Virus record (IMG/VR): IMGVR_UViG_3300028326_000328
Coordinates: 1-64,000 of that record
Origin: a virus
Lineage: Duplodnaviria; Caudoviricetes
Direction: 5' to 3' (one strand)
DNA length: 64,000 nt
In this document: positions 16,076-25,692 of the stretch, piece by piece
Numbering within the stretch: position 1 is the first letter of the stretch
Layout of the letters: each line of letters begins with the position of its first letter
Notes under the pieces: model-generated
What the model was told of the DNA's origin: nothing
The model's database searches: none
Seen by the model: only the letters and a program-made list of their open reading frames with translations
Translations under genes and position numbers: made by a program

Positions 16076-17986
16076 TTACTCGATTATTTTACCGCGTTGG
16101 GCATCGCTGGTGATCAGCGAAGCGCCATGCTCCGCCAGAAAGTCGTTGACTTTCAGAAAACGTTCCGGGTACTTATGCATCAATGCAAATCTATACCAGA
16201 TATGGGAATCCTTCTGTAAAACAAGCGGGCAGGGCGAGCTTCTCATAATATGTTCACTAACACCAAAAGGAAGATGCAGGCCAAGACATATCATGACAAG
16301 TGACTCTGTGGTTGGCTCACGTACTCCGTTTACAATGCGGCTAATTGTTTGATCGTCTAGCCCGATTCTTCTCTCAAGCTCTGCATTGCTTACGTTACGA
16401 TATTTCATCATTTTCTGTAGGGCTAATGCGCAGTTGCCCGGCAAGCCTTCCTCCAGTATTTTTGCTTCTTCATGAACAGCAGTGGTAAGAATTTCTTTCT
16501 GCTTTTCAGAGCTTACATACTGATTCCCATTGCTGTACTTGATTTCAAATGTAACGGGAGAGTCTTTGTCTTTATTAAGGAAACACTCAGTATGATATCG
16601 CTCTTTTTGCCCTGACTTGACTTCCATGTCAAACACGAGGCAACATAATTCCATGTGCCTACGGGCGTATTTCGTAAGGCACAAAGCGCCCTCGCCGTCT
16701 ATGGTGACATACTTGGGGCTATTGATAACAAAATGCGAGTCAACATACACATAGTTTCCATCCTTCACCGTATCGCAGAAATCTGAGCATGTGAAGTATA
16801 GAATAGCCGCATCCTCTGCCGAGACAGAAAACGTCTGGTTACGCTTAATGGAGTCTTTCTTAAAGGCATGCGTCCGGATATAACGTCCATCTATATAGTT
16901 AAACGCACCAACAGCCTCGTGAAACCCAGCGTCGACCATACGAATCTTTGCGGCGGTTCTGGAAACGCCATAGAACACGGCCAATGCGTTGATGAGCGGC
17001 TCAATGAAATCCAAAATATCGTCAGAGCCAGATTTTGCACGGTATTCGCGCAAGAGTTCGTATACCTTCATCTTGAAAGGCGCAAGCGGCATCTGTATGC
17101 GAGGCGCAAGCGCATTTGCATGCCACTCCATCCAATCAATAGAACTTTTGTTGATACCACTAACACCGCCCACAACTTTACAGCATATTTGTGTTGCACT
17201 CTCGTTATACAGCCGTTCTAATTCAAATGCTTTTCGATGCTGATCCCAGTGGACGCATTCATGAACGATGGTATTATTGACCTGGCCTAGATTTCGAAGA
17301 AAGTAGGCTTTCGGGTCAACTATGATGGTTTTCGCTTGTGCATCGACTGTTTCCATCTTTTCTGCTCTATCATCATATAGTTCTGTAGTACAATCCCGAA
17401 AGCAAAGCTGCCCGAACACGGAAAAATCTTCGGTGATGCTTCGTATATCGATGGTAAGCCCCATAGCTTTTGCTAATTCGGCAGGGTCAACCGGCATCGG
17501 CTGCTTTAGCGCCTGCGAGTAGTGCCGCTCCAAAAAACCGTTCGCAACCGTCTCCAAATCATCCGAATGGATAAACGGCACAAGCGAATCGTCCAGCGGC
17601 TTTGGCATTCTATTTTTGCCACTATACGGCTTTACAGAGGCTATGTAAAGGTCGTTCAGATTCTTATCCAGATCGCCGGAGCATCGAAGCATAAACCACT
17701 CGATGCAGCTCTCGTCTGTGTCATAGTGATAATCGGCTTCACGCACATATAGCTCGGCTTCGATAGCAACGTCAAAAGCTATCTTGCCGTCTGGCAGATC
17801 GCTAATGTTGGTATACAGGATGGTTGTATCGACAACCTCAATGTTTCCGATGTTCCGAACCTTATGGAGACGTAGATCAAGGGTGCTGGCATTTTTTTCG
17901 TCTTCGATATAATCCATAATCGCTTGTGAGAATTCGTCCTCGAAGCGATCACTGACGTATTCCTTGAATGATCGACTCTTGCCCAC
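16076..17986 (-). CDS. ImmA/IrrE-family metallopeptidase fused to C-terminal XRE HTH
   Basis: HECVH (HExxH); C-terminal VSNAELERRIGLDDQTISRIVNG. Confidence 0.85.
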   Translation of the reverse strand: MGKSRSFKEYVSDRFEDEFSQAIMDYIEDEKNASTLDLRLHKVRNIGNIEVVDTTILYTNISDLPDGKIAFDVAIEAELYVREADYHYDTDESCIEWFMLRCSGDLDKNLNDLYIASVKPYSGKNRMPKPLDDSLVPFIHSDDLETVANGFLERHYSQALKQPMPVDPAELAKAMGLTIDIRSITEDFSVFGQLCFRDCTTELYDDRAEKMETVDAQAKTIIVDPKAYFLRNLGQVNNTIVHECVHWDQHRKAFELERLYNESATQICCKVVGGVSGINKSSIDWMEWHANALAPRIQMPLAPFKMKVYELLREYRAKSGSDDILDFIEPLINALAVFYGVSRTAAKIRMVDAGFHEAVGAFNYIDGRYIRTHAFKKDSIKRNQTFSVSAEDAAILYFTCSDFCDTVKDGNYVYVDSHFVINSPKYVTIDGEGALCLTKYARRHMELCCLVFDMEVKSGQKERYHTECFLNKDKDSPVTFEIKYSNGNQYVSSEKQKEILTTAVHEEAKILEEGLPGNCALALQKMMKYRNVSNAELERRIGLDDQTISRIVNGVREPTTESLVMICLGLHLPFGVSEHIMRSSPCPLVLQKDSHIWYRFALMHKYPERFLKVNDFLAEHGASLITSDAQRGKIIE

Positions 17987-18045
17987 TCTTCTGCCCCCCT
18001 AAATGCAAGACCACTTGTTACAGATACCATCACGAAAGCGCATAC

Positions 18046-18144
18046 AGTATACCATAGGCCTGAAGAGATTTCAACCAATAACTCGAACTAATCTTGTATA
18101 TGCAGCAATTTTCTCTTGAACTCTGCCGAACAGAATGCTATAAT
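18046..18144. promoter_or_regulatory. Divergent sigma70 promoters
   Basis: Plus: TTGAAC(18116)-N17-TATAAT(18139); minus: TTGAAA(18074)-N17-TATACT(18051). Confidence 0.75.
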
Positions 18145-18206
18145 GAAAATATGTGGTAGTACGAAACCGCAGGACAGCCTTAAGTGATGTTAGGAGTGTC
18201 GTGGAT

Positions 18207-18419
18207 ATGGGAGTAAGCTACAAAAAGCTTTGGAAGATTTTAATTGATAAAGATATGAAAAAAAAGGACTTGCAAGAGACATCGGGCGTCAGCTGGGCAT
18301 CTATCACCAAAATGTCAAAGGGCGAAACTGTGAGCATGGATGTGCTGATAAAAATCTGCAAATCCTTGCAATGCAACATCGGGGATATCCTGGATTTGGT
18401 TGATGACAAAACAGAATAA
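18207..18419 (+). CDS. Cro/C1-type HTH regulator (possible R-M controller)
   Basis: VSYKKLWKILIDKDM...ITKMSKGE.VS. Confidence 0.88.
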   Translation: MGVSYKKLWKILIDKDMKKKDLQETSGVSWASITKMSKGETVSMDVLIKICKSLQCNIGDILDLVDDKTE

Positions 18420-18457
18420 GTTGCGTAAAGTACGACAGATGACGGAGGATTCAACAT

Positions 18458-20545
18458 ATGGCTGCAATCAATGATCTGATCAACCAAATTGATAACCCTG
18501 AACTGCGAGAGCGCATTCAGCGGGAAGTAGACCGTATGAACAAGCAGAAAAAATTCGGCCTGGTTTTTGAAGAGCATCTCCCCGAATGCGCCCCGTTGTA
18601 TGATGTTCCCGTGAACAAGGGAAGCTTGGTTGCGCTTAAAACCGGCAAGATGAGCGACAATTATGTTGTGCTAAGGCTAGCCGATGGTCAGGCGATCTGT
18701 TTACCGAAAGCGGGCGGGGAGTCTGCATCGTTTCCTGTGGCGGATCTGGTATCCGTGGCTGAATTCGGTGAGCCGATCTATCCGCACCTCAAGCCCATCG
18801 ACACCGTGTGCAACGCGCCCGACAGCGACCTGTGGCATGTGCTGATCGAAGCGGACAACTACCATGCCCTACAGTTCCTAGAATACCTCTATGCCGGAAA
18901 GGTGGACTGCATCTATATCGATCCGCCGTACAATACCGGTGCAAGAGACTGGAAGTACAACAATGACTATGTAGATGGCAACGACACCTATCGCCACAGC
19001 AAATGGCTGTCAATGATGCAAAAACGGCTTAAGATCGCCAAGAAGCTACTGAACCCGAAGGATTCTGTGCTGATCGTGACCATTGATGAAAAAGAGTATC
19101 TGCATCTTGGATGCTTGCTGGAGGAATTATTCCCAGATGCAAAAATGCAAATGATATCAAGCATTATTAACCCAAAGGGAACAGCTCGGACTAATGAATT
19201 TAGCCGAGTAAACGAATTTATATATTTCGTAATGATCGGCGATTATACTTTGTCCCGAACAGGAAGTGATATGCTAACCCAAGATGTGTCTCAAGACACA
19301 AATGTAAGATGGCGTGGCTTTCCTCGAACGGGGCGAAAAGGGTTGCGGCCAGTTAATCCTGGTTCATGGTATCCTGTTTATTTTAACTGCAGCGATGACT
19401 CTTTTCATTCTGTTGGAAATGCGGTTTACGAAGGAGCAAATATTCCGGTTGCTCCAGAAGGCACTTATGAAATTTGGCCTCCTGTACGAGATGGTGAAGA
19501 GTATAGTTGGGGAATGGTTCCGTCAACCTTTCGCAAGCTTTATGAAATCGGAGCTATTAAATTTGGAAAACCCACGAAAGGTAAGGGGGCTTCTATATCC
19601 TACCTTACGAACAATCAACTGAAACAGATTGAAGACGGAACTATTAAAGTAATTGGGCGAGATGCCAATGGTTCTCTGGAAGTTGTTTATGTAGACGATT
19701 CAAAAACAACAGCGCCTAAAACCCAGTGGAACATGACGGCTCATGAAGCTGGCGCATATGGAACCAACATAATTGGCTCATTGATACCGGGTAGACGGTT
19801 TGCCTTTCCGAAGTCTTTGTATGCAGTGGAAGATGCAATTCGTTTTTTTGTAAAAGAAAAACCGTGTGCATTAATCATCGACTTTTTTGCCGGTTCTGGC
19901 ACAACCCTTCATGCCGTCAACCTTCTCAATGCCGAGGACGGCGGGCATCGTCGATGCATCATGGTGACAAACAACGAGGTGTCCGACAATGAAGCCAAGT
20001 CGCTGACGGCACAGGGCTATCACCCCGGCGATCCCGAATGGGAAAGACTCGGCATTGCTCGTTACGTCACATGGCCTCGCACAGTCTGTTCCATCGTAGG
20101 CCATGATGTGAACGGTCAGCCGCTCAAGGGCGAATACATCGGCAGCAAGATTCCCATGGCGGACGGCTTCAAGGCGAACGCTGCCTTCTTCAAGCTGAGC
20201 TTCTTGAACAAGACCAGTGTTGCACTGGGTCGTCAGTTCAAGGAGATGCTGCCGACGCTGTGGATGAAAGCCGGTTCGCACGGGGCATGCCCCACGCTGG
20301 AAGATAGAGAAACGCCCACCATGCTGGTGTTGCCTGAAAACCGCTTTGCCGTACTGACGGTGGAATCCGCCTTCAGCGATTTTGCGGAACAGGTCAATGC
20401 TCTCCCCGAAATCCAAACGGTGTACATTGTCACCGATTATGAAGCCGGATACTGCGCCATGGCGAAAAACCTGAATGCGCCGCACACCTTCCAGCTTTAT
20501 CGCGATTACTTTGATAATTTTAGAATCAATACAGGGAGGTACTGA
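18458..20545 (+). CDS. mod: Type III-like R-M DNA adenine methyltransferase (Mod)
   Basis: YIDPPY motif IV, DFFAGSGTT motif I, central variable region. Confidence 0.88.
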   Translation: MAAINDLINQIDNPELRERIQREVDRMNKQKKFGLVFEEHLPECAPLYDVPVNKGSLVALKTGKMSDNYVVLRLADGQAICLPKAGGESASFPVADLVSVAEFGEPIYPHLKPIDTVCNAPDSDLWHVLIEADNYHALQFLEYLYAGKVDCIYIDPPYNTGARDWKYNNDYVDGNDTYRHSKWLSMMQKRLKIAKKLLNPKDSVLIVTIDEKEYLHLGCLLEELFPDAKMQMISSIINPKGTARTNEFSRVNEFIYFVMIGDYTLSRTGSDMLTQDVSQDTNVRWRGFPRTGRKGLRPVNPGSWYPVYFNCSDDSFHSVGNAVYEGANIPVAPEGTYEIWPPVRDGEEYSWGMVPSTFRKLYEIGAIKFGKPTKGKGASISYLTNNQLKQIEDGTIKVIGRDANGSLEVVYVDDSKTTAPKTQWNMTAHEAGAYGTNIIGSLIPGRRFAFPKSLYAVEDAIRFFVKEKPCALIIDFFAGSGTTLHAVNLLNAEDGGHRRCIMVTNNEVSDNEAKSLTAQGYHPGDPEWERLGIARYVTWPRTVCSIVGHDVNGQPLKGEYIGSKIPMADGFKANAAFFKLSFLNKTSVALGRQFKEMLPTLWMKAGSHGACPTLEDRETPTMLVLPENRFAVLTVESAFSDFAEQVNALPEIQTVYIVTDYEAGYCAMAKNLNAPHTFQLYRDYFDNFRINTGRY

Positions 20546-20547
20546 CA

Positions 20548-23352
20548 ATGAGGGTTGAATTATTTCCATTTCAGAAAAAGGCAGTTACCGACCTGCGCAT
20601 AAAACTTGCAGAAGCACTGGGCAGCTATCATCGCACTCACATTCCGCAGGTGGTTTCTCTGCAGGCGCCGACCGGCTCCGGCAAAACCATTATCATGGCT
20701 GCGCTCGTAGAGGACATATACTTCGGAACCGAGCAGTTTACCGAGCAGCCAGAGGCAATTTTCGTCTGGTTGTCAGATTCTCCTGAGCTTAATGCACAGT
20801 CAAAGCAGAAATTCGACCTGAAGGCGGATAAGATTCGCTTTGGGCAGTGTGTCACCATTGAGGACGAGTCCTTCGACATGGAGATGCTGGATGACGGGCA
20901 TATTTACTTCCTCAACACGCAGAAGCTCGGCAAGGCTGGGAATCTGGGAAAGCACTCCGACACCCGGCAGTACACTATCTGGGAAACGCTAGCTAACACC
21001 GTACGGGAAAAGAGCGACCGGCTCTATTTCCTCATCGATGAAGCGCATCGTGGCGCACAAGGACGCGAGGCCGGGAAGGCCACCTCCATCATGCAGCGCT
21101 TTCTAAAGGGAAGCCCGGAAGTGAAGCTGCCACCCATGCCCGTGGTTATTGGCATCAGTGCTACGGCGGAGCGCTTCAACAAGCTGGTCGGCGACACCAC
21201 CTCCACCCTACAGAAGTGCATCGTCTCGGCAAATGATGTGCGCACTTCCGGCTTGCTGAAGGATCGCATCGTCATCACCTACCCGGACGATCCGCAGCGG
21301 AACAACGAAATGGCGCTCTTGCAGGCGGCCACGGACGAATGGCGCAAGAAGTGCGAGCATTGGTATCAGTATTCCTATGAACAACACTATGCGCAGGTGA
21401 ACCCTATCTTCCTGATTCAGGTGCTTGCAGGCAGCGGCAAAGCCGTGTCCGACACGAAACTCGATGATGTCATTGCAAAGGTCGAGGAGCGCCTCGGCAC
21501 ACGCTTCCGCGAACATGAAGTGGTGCACACCTTTGGCTCTACGCCTGCGCTGACCATCAACGGTTTGCAGGTGGAGCGCATCGAGCCTTCTGAGATTTCC
21601 GAGGACAAGCGCATCCGTGTGGTGCTGTTCAAGGAGAACCTCTCCACGGGCTGGGATTGCCCTCGTGCCGAAACGATGATGTCCTTCCGTCATGCAGAGG
21701 ATGCCACCTATATTGCGCAGCTTCTTGGGCGCATGGTGCGCACTCCGCTGCAATGCCATATCCTCGTTGATGATTCGCTGAACGATGTGCGGTTGTACCT
21801 ACCGTATTTCAACCAGAATACGGTAAAGTCCGTCATTGATGAGCTGCAAAGCACTGAAGGTGGCGATATTCCGACTGTAATCGATGGGGAATCGCTGGAA
21901 CAGCAGGTGTATGTGTCGTGGACAGTGCATACGCAGCACCACAGGGAAGCGCAACAGGTTCCTGGTCAGATTAGTTTCTCCAACTTGACAACTTGTGCTG
22001 TGACGCCTTTTCAGCCCGCCACACAGCTAGGACAAAACAGGCTGTCAGGAGATGCGCCGGTTCACCATACAGAGGAACCGTATGTGCCTAATCCTGTGCA
22101 TCCGCAGACCGAGCCGACTCTGACAGTTCCCGTCAAGCCCACCTCCGCGCGCACAGAAACATCTCCTGCCGGTGTTCAGACGCGCATGGCGGGTGCAGGC
22201 ATCGACCGGGAAGCGATTACGAAGTTCATCAACGATCAATCCCTGCTGACATATATGGTGCGCTCAGTAAAGATCAATAACTATATGAAGTCCCTACTGA
22301 ACCTTGCCAGTCTGCTGACGCGCGAAGCCATCTTCCCGGCTGCGACTGATGAGGTTAAGGCCGATGTTGTGGATATGATCCGCCATTACGCAGAGGAGCT
22401 GCGTTATACGGGAAAGTATAAAGAATTAGCCAGTCAGGTGCTGTCCTTCAAGCTATCTGTTCGCGTTTTTGACGTGTTCGGCGAATCTCTGGACAACGGT
22501 ATGGCGCAGGGCTTCTTGGCTGCCTCCGAGAGCGATCTGGATCGTCAGCTTCGCGCTGCAGATGCCCGGATGAGCGGTTATGGCTTCCCGAATTGCTATG
22601 GGCAGCAATATTTCAACGAGGACGATCCCTCCGCCTATAAAATCGACTGCATCCTTTTCGCTGCAGACGATGACTGCATCGCCACAATGAACCGCTACGC
22701 GGAGAAGAAATTCCATGGTCTCAATGATAAGTATCGCAAGTATATCGTTGGTAAATCCGAAAAGTGCCGGAAGCAGTACAGCGACATCATCGCGGACGGT
22801 GATGTGATCAGTAAGCATAGCTTCACCCTGCCGGAGACAATCAGCGTGAAGAATGAAAAAGACGGTAAAGAATACGATAATCATCTGTTCGCAGATGAAA
22901 ATGGAGTTGCCATTATCAAACTGAACGGTTGGGAAGATGACCTGATCTCCGAAGAGGAAAAGCGGCCTGACTTCGTGTGCTGGCTGCGGAATCCGCCTCG
23001 CGTATCGTGGTCGCTGTGCATTCCGTATGAGATCAACGGCGAAGTGAAGGCCACATATCCCGATTTCCTGATTATTCGAGGCGATCCACAACTGAACTAC
23101 GTCGTGGACATCCTCGAACCACACAACCCGGAATTCAAGGATAATCTCGGCAAGGCGAAGGGCTTTGCTAAGTATGCCGAAAACGAGCCTTGCATTGGAC
23201 GCGTGCAGTTGATTCGCACAGGAAAGGATGCCGCAGGAAAAACGCGTTTCAAGCGTCTTGATCTGTCGCATGGGGCTGTTCGTGACAAGGTGCTGAAAGC
23301 GCAGAATAACGACGAGCTAGACCATATTTTAGAAACAGATGGTATTTTCTGA
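20548..23352 (+). CDS. res: Type III-like restriction subunit (Res), DEAH helicase plus nuclease
   Basis: APTGSGKT, IDEAH, GWDCPRA, C-terminal YPDF...ILEPH. Confidence 0.85.
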   Translation: MRVELFPFQKKAVTDLRIKLAEALGSYHRTHIPQVVSLQAPTGSGKTIIMAALVEDIYFGTEQFTEQPEAIFVWLSDSPELNAQSKQKFDLKADKIRFGQCVTIEDESFDMEMLDDGHIYFLNTQKLGKAGNLGKHSDTRQYTIWETLANTVREKSDRLYFLIDEAHRGAQGREAGKATSIMQRFLKGSPEVKLPPMPVVIGISATAERFNKLVGDTTSTLQKCIVSANDVRTSGLLKDRIVITYPDDPQRNNEMALLQAATDEWRKKCEHWYQYSYEQHYAQVNPIFLIQVLAGSGKAVSDTKLDDVIAKVEERLGTRFREHEVVHTFGSTPALTINGLQVERIEPSEISEDKRIRVVLFKENLSTGWDCPRAETMMSFRHAEDATYIAQLLGRMVRTPLQCHILVDDSLNDVRLYLPYFNQNTVKSVIDELQSTEGGDIPTVIDGESLEQQVYVSWTVHTQHHREAQQVPGQISFSNLTTCAVTPFQPATQLGQNRLSGDAPVHHTEEPYVPNPVHPQTEPTLTVPVKPTSARTETSPAGVQTRMAGAGIDREAITKFINDQSLLTYMVRSVKINNYMKSLLNLASLLTREAIFPAATDEVKADVVDMIRHYAEELRYTGKYKELASQVLSFKLSVRVFDVFGESLDNGMAQGFLAASESDLDRQLRAADARMSGYGFPNCYGQQYFNEDDPSAYKIDCILFAADDDCIATMNRYAEKKFHGLNDKYRKYIVGKSEKCRKQYSDIIADGDVISKHSFTLPETISVKNEKDGKEYDNHLFADENGVAIIKLNGWEDDLISEEEKRPDFVCWLRNPPRVSWSLCIPYEINGEVKATYPDFLIIRGDPQLNYVVDILEPHNPEFKDNLGKAKGFAKYAENEPCIGRVQLIRTGKDAAGKTRFKRLDLSHGAVRDKVLKAQNNDELDHILETDGIF

Positions 23353-23371
23353 TTGAATACCGGAATGTCAA

Positions 23372-23530
23372 ATGGAGAGTGAGTGCGCCTTGCAGCAGGT
23401 GATCTTTTCCATTATGTTGGACAACATGGAGCTGTTCAAGCAGTTTCAGGACAATCCTTCCTTTTAGAAGTGGCTGTCCGATATGGTGTTCAACATGACG
23501 TATCAAGAAAATGCGCGCAAGGGGAACTGA
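23372..23530 (+). pseudogene. C-terminal remnant of a type I restriction subunit (HsdR-like) with in-frame TAG
   Basis: Manual translation MESECALQQVIFSIMLDNMELFKQFQDNPSF*KWLSDMVFNMTY resembles HsdR C-termini. Confidence 0.65.
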
Positions 23531-23559
23531 CCAGAAACGTCGATGGAATTTGAAAGGGA

Positions 23560-24705
23560 GTGACACGTGTGGTTAACAACTTTTTTCAGGAGCAGCGCGA
23601 ACAATCAATGATAAAGGCTAGAATTGTTGCGAAGTACTTTGATGCCTGGGCAAAAGTAATACTTGCCACACAGAAGAAGTATCCTCAGCACGTCCAAAGA
23701 ATGGCGTATATTGATTTGTTTGCAGGGCCAGGCAGGTATGATGATCAGAGCAAATCCACCCCCTTGTTGGTTTTAGAAACCATCCTCAGCAGCCCTGAAC
23801 TTTCAGGAAGAATGGTTACGTGGTTTAATGATAAGGATCTAGCAAATATTGAGAGCCTCAAAACTTCAATAAGTCAACTCCCCGGCATAGAAAGGCTCAA
23901 GTACCCTCCAGCGTTCTATAATGAAGAGGTTGGAGACGAAATTGCTGAAATGTTTAGTCGAATAAAGCTCGTCCCAGCATTTTTCTTTGTCGATCCGTGG
24001 GGGTATAAAGGGCTTTCGCTCAACTTAGTGTCCTCGATTATCAAAGATTGGGGATGTGATTGTGTATTTTTCTTTAACTATAATCGCGTGAACATGGGCG
24101 TCAATAATGATGCTATAAGGACTCATATGGTATCTTTGTTTGGTGAAGAGCGTCTAGGCACACTTCAACAAGAGTGCTTCGGCAAAACACCAGACGAACG
24201 GGAAATGATTGTTGTGCAGGCGTTATGCGACTCGTTGCGTCAGAATGGGAGCCGATTTGTTTTGCCATTTAGATTTCGTAATGATAGTGGAACTCGAACA
24301 AGCCATCATTTAATATTCTTGAGCAAGGACTTCCTAGGATACGATATTATGAAAGGAATTATGCATAAGGAATGTTCTGAAAATAACGAGTGCGTTTCAA
24401 CATTTGAATACAACCCACGAGATGCTCATTTCAGGCAAGGTTCCATCTTTGATTTATTATCTACGCCGTTAGAAAAATTGATCGGCATGCTTTTGTCGGA
24501 GTACGCGGGTAAAACGATCGACTTTATGCGCCTGTACGAAGAGCATAGTGTTGATAGGCCATACATTAAGAAGAATTATAAAGATGTTCTTAGGAAACTA
24601 TATGATGAAGGGAAAGTTGCGGCGAAAGATCCCACAACAGATAAGCAGCCGAAGAAAGGTACTTTTTCTGATAAAATGCGAATTACGTTTGGAGATATAA
24701 AATGA
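23560..24705 (+). CDS. tcmP: Three-Cys-motif partner protein TcmP (methyltransferase-like fold)
   Basis: S.IK..IV.KYF.AW, YIDLFAGPG, FFVDPWG; coupled to DUF5131 gene. Confidence 0.82.
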   Translation: MTRVVNNFFQEQREQSMIKARIVAKYFDAWAKVILATQKKYPQHVQRMAYIDLFAGPGRYDDQSKSTPLLVLETILSSPELSGRMVTWFNDKDLANIESLKTSISQLPGIERLKYPPAFYNEEVGDEIAEMFSRIKLVPAFFFVDPWGYKGLSLNLVSSIIKDWGCDCVFFFNYNRVNMGVNNDAIRTHMVSLFGEERLGTLQQECFGKTPDEREMIVVQALCDSLRQNGSRFVLPFRFRNDSGTRTSHHLIFLSKDFLGYDIMKGIMHKECSENNECVSTFEYNPRDAHFRQGSIFDLLSTPLEKLIGMLLSEYAGKTIDFMRLYEEHSVDRPYIKKNYKDVLRKLYDEGKVAAKDPTTDKQPKKGTFSDKMRITFGDIK

Positions 24706-25439
24706 GCGTAACGAAGATTGAATGGACAGAAAGAACATGGAACCCCGTCACTGGTTGCACAAAGATATCGGCGGGATGCGCGCATTGTTACGCTGAGATA
24801 ATGGCCAATCGGCTTAAGGCAATGGGGGTCGAGAAATATTCAAATGGCTTTTTGCCGACGGTCCACGAAGATGCTCTTGATGAGCCGATTAGTTGGAAAG
24901 CTCCACACACGATTTTTGTTTGTTCAATGGCAGACTTGTTCCATGAATCCGTCCCTTTTTCGTTTATCGATAGAGTAATGGATACAATTCAGAAAGCCAC
25001 ACACCATCGTTATCAGATACTTACAAAACGCGCCGGAAGAATGGCTGAGTATTTTGGAAATAATACTGTGCCATCCAATGTCTGGTTAGGCGTTACAGTA
25101 GAGGATGTAGAGGCTAAGTCAAGAATTGAAATCCTTAGAAATGTAAAAGCGTCTGTTCGTTTTTTATCTTGCGAACCTCTTTTAGAGGACTTAGGCAGAC
25201 TTGATTTATCGGATATCAACTGGATCATTGTTGGAGGTGAAAGTGGCGTTCAAGCACGTCCTATGAGCCCGGAATGGGTTATGTCACTACAAGCCCAGGC
25301 CAATGATACAAACATACCATTCTTTTTTAAACAATGGGGGACGTGGGGATCTGATGGGATTAAGCGAAGCAAAAAAGCTAACGGTAAGCTCCTTGATGGT
25401 AAAATTGTGCAAGCTATGCCGCCATTTAATGTTGTGTAA
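24702..25439 (+). CDS. DUF5131 (phage Gp37/Gp68, three-Cys radical-SAM-like) protein
   Basis: IEWT..TWNPVTGCTKISAGCAHCYA, FVCSMADLFH, GGESG, FFFKQWG. Confidence 0.9.
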   Translation: MSVTKIEWTERTWNPVTGCTKISAGCAHCYAEIMANRLKAMGVEKYSNGFLPTVHEDALDEPISWKAPHTIFVCSMADLFHESVPFSFIDRVMDTIQKATHHRYQILTKRAGRMAEYFGNNTVPSNVWLGVTVEDVEAKSRIEILRNVKASVRFLSCEPLLEDLGRLDLSDINWIIVGGESGVQARPMSPEWVMSLQAQANDTNIPFFFKQWGTWGSDGIKRSKKANGKLLDGKIVQAMPPFNVV

Positions 25440-25458
25440 TTTGTTCCGGATAAGACGT

Positions 25459-25692
25459 CTATTCATCGGTATACACCTTCACGAAATCCCATTCTGGCTT
25501 TGAGGCAATGTACTCCGTGTAATACTCCACTTGCTTTTCGTAGCTGGACAACTGCTCTTCGCTGTCCGTGGAAACGCGGGCATAAGCGGCGACGCGGCGC
25601 TTTCTAGTGCTGCCAATCGGCATCGCGGTAAAACGGTTCAAGGTCGCAGGAACCATCGTAACCCTTGGTTTAAAAGCTCTGGCTTCACTCAT
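25459..25692 (-). pseudogene. 5' fragment of a large serine recombinase, truncated after YTDE
   Basis: RVAAYARVSTDSEEQ catalytic motif, then immediate stop at the boundary with low-GC DNA. Confidence 0.85.

Larger units (their letters stand above)
1..25440 (-). mobile_element. Prophage-like element B (partial; continues left of window): defence cargo, immunity, replication module, accessory operon
   Basis: Gene order ImmA/HTH, sigma-like, DUF2800, DUF2815, PolA, VapE, VRR-NUC, SNF2, late regulator; paralogous to the 53-64 kb region. Confidence 0.8.
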
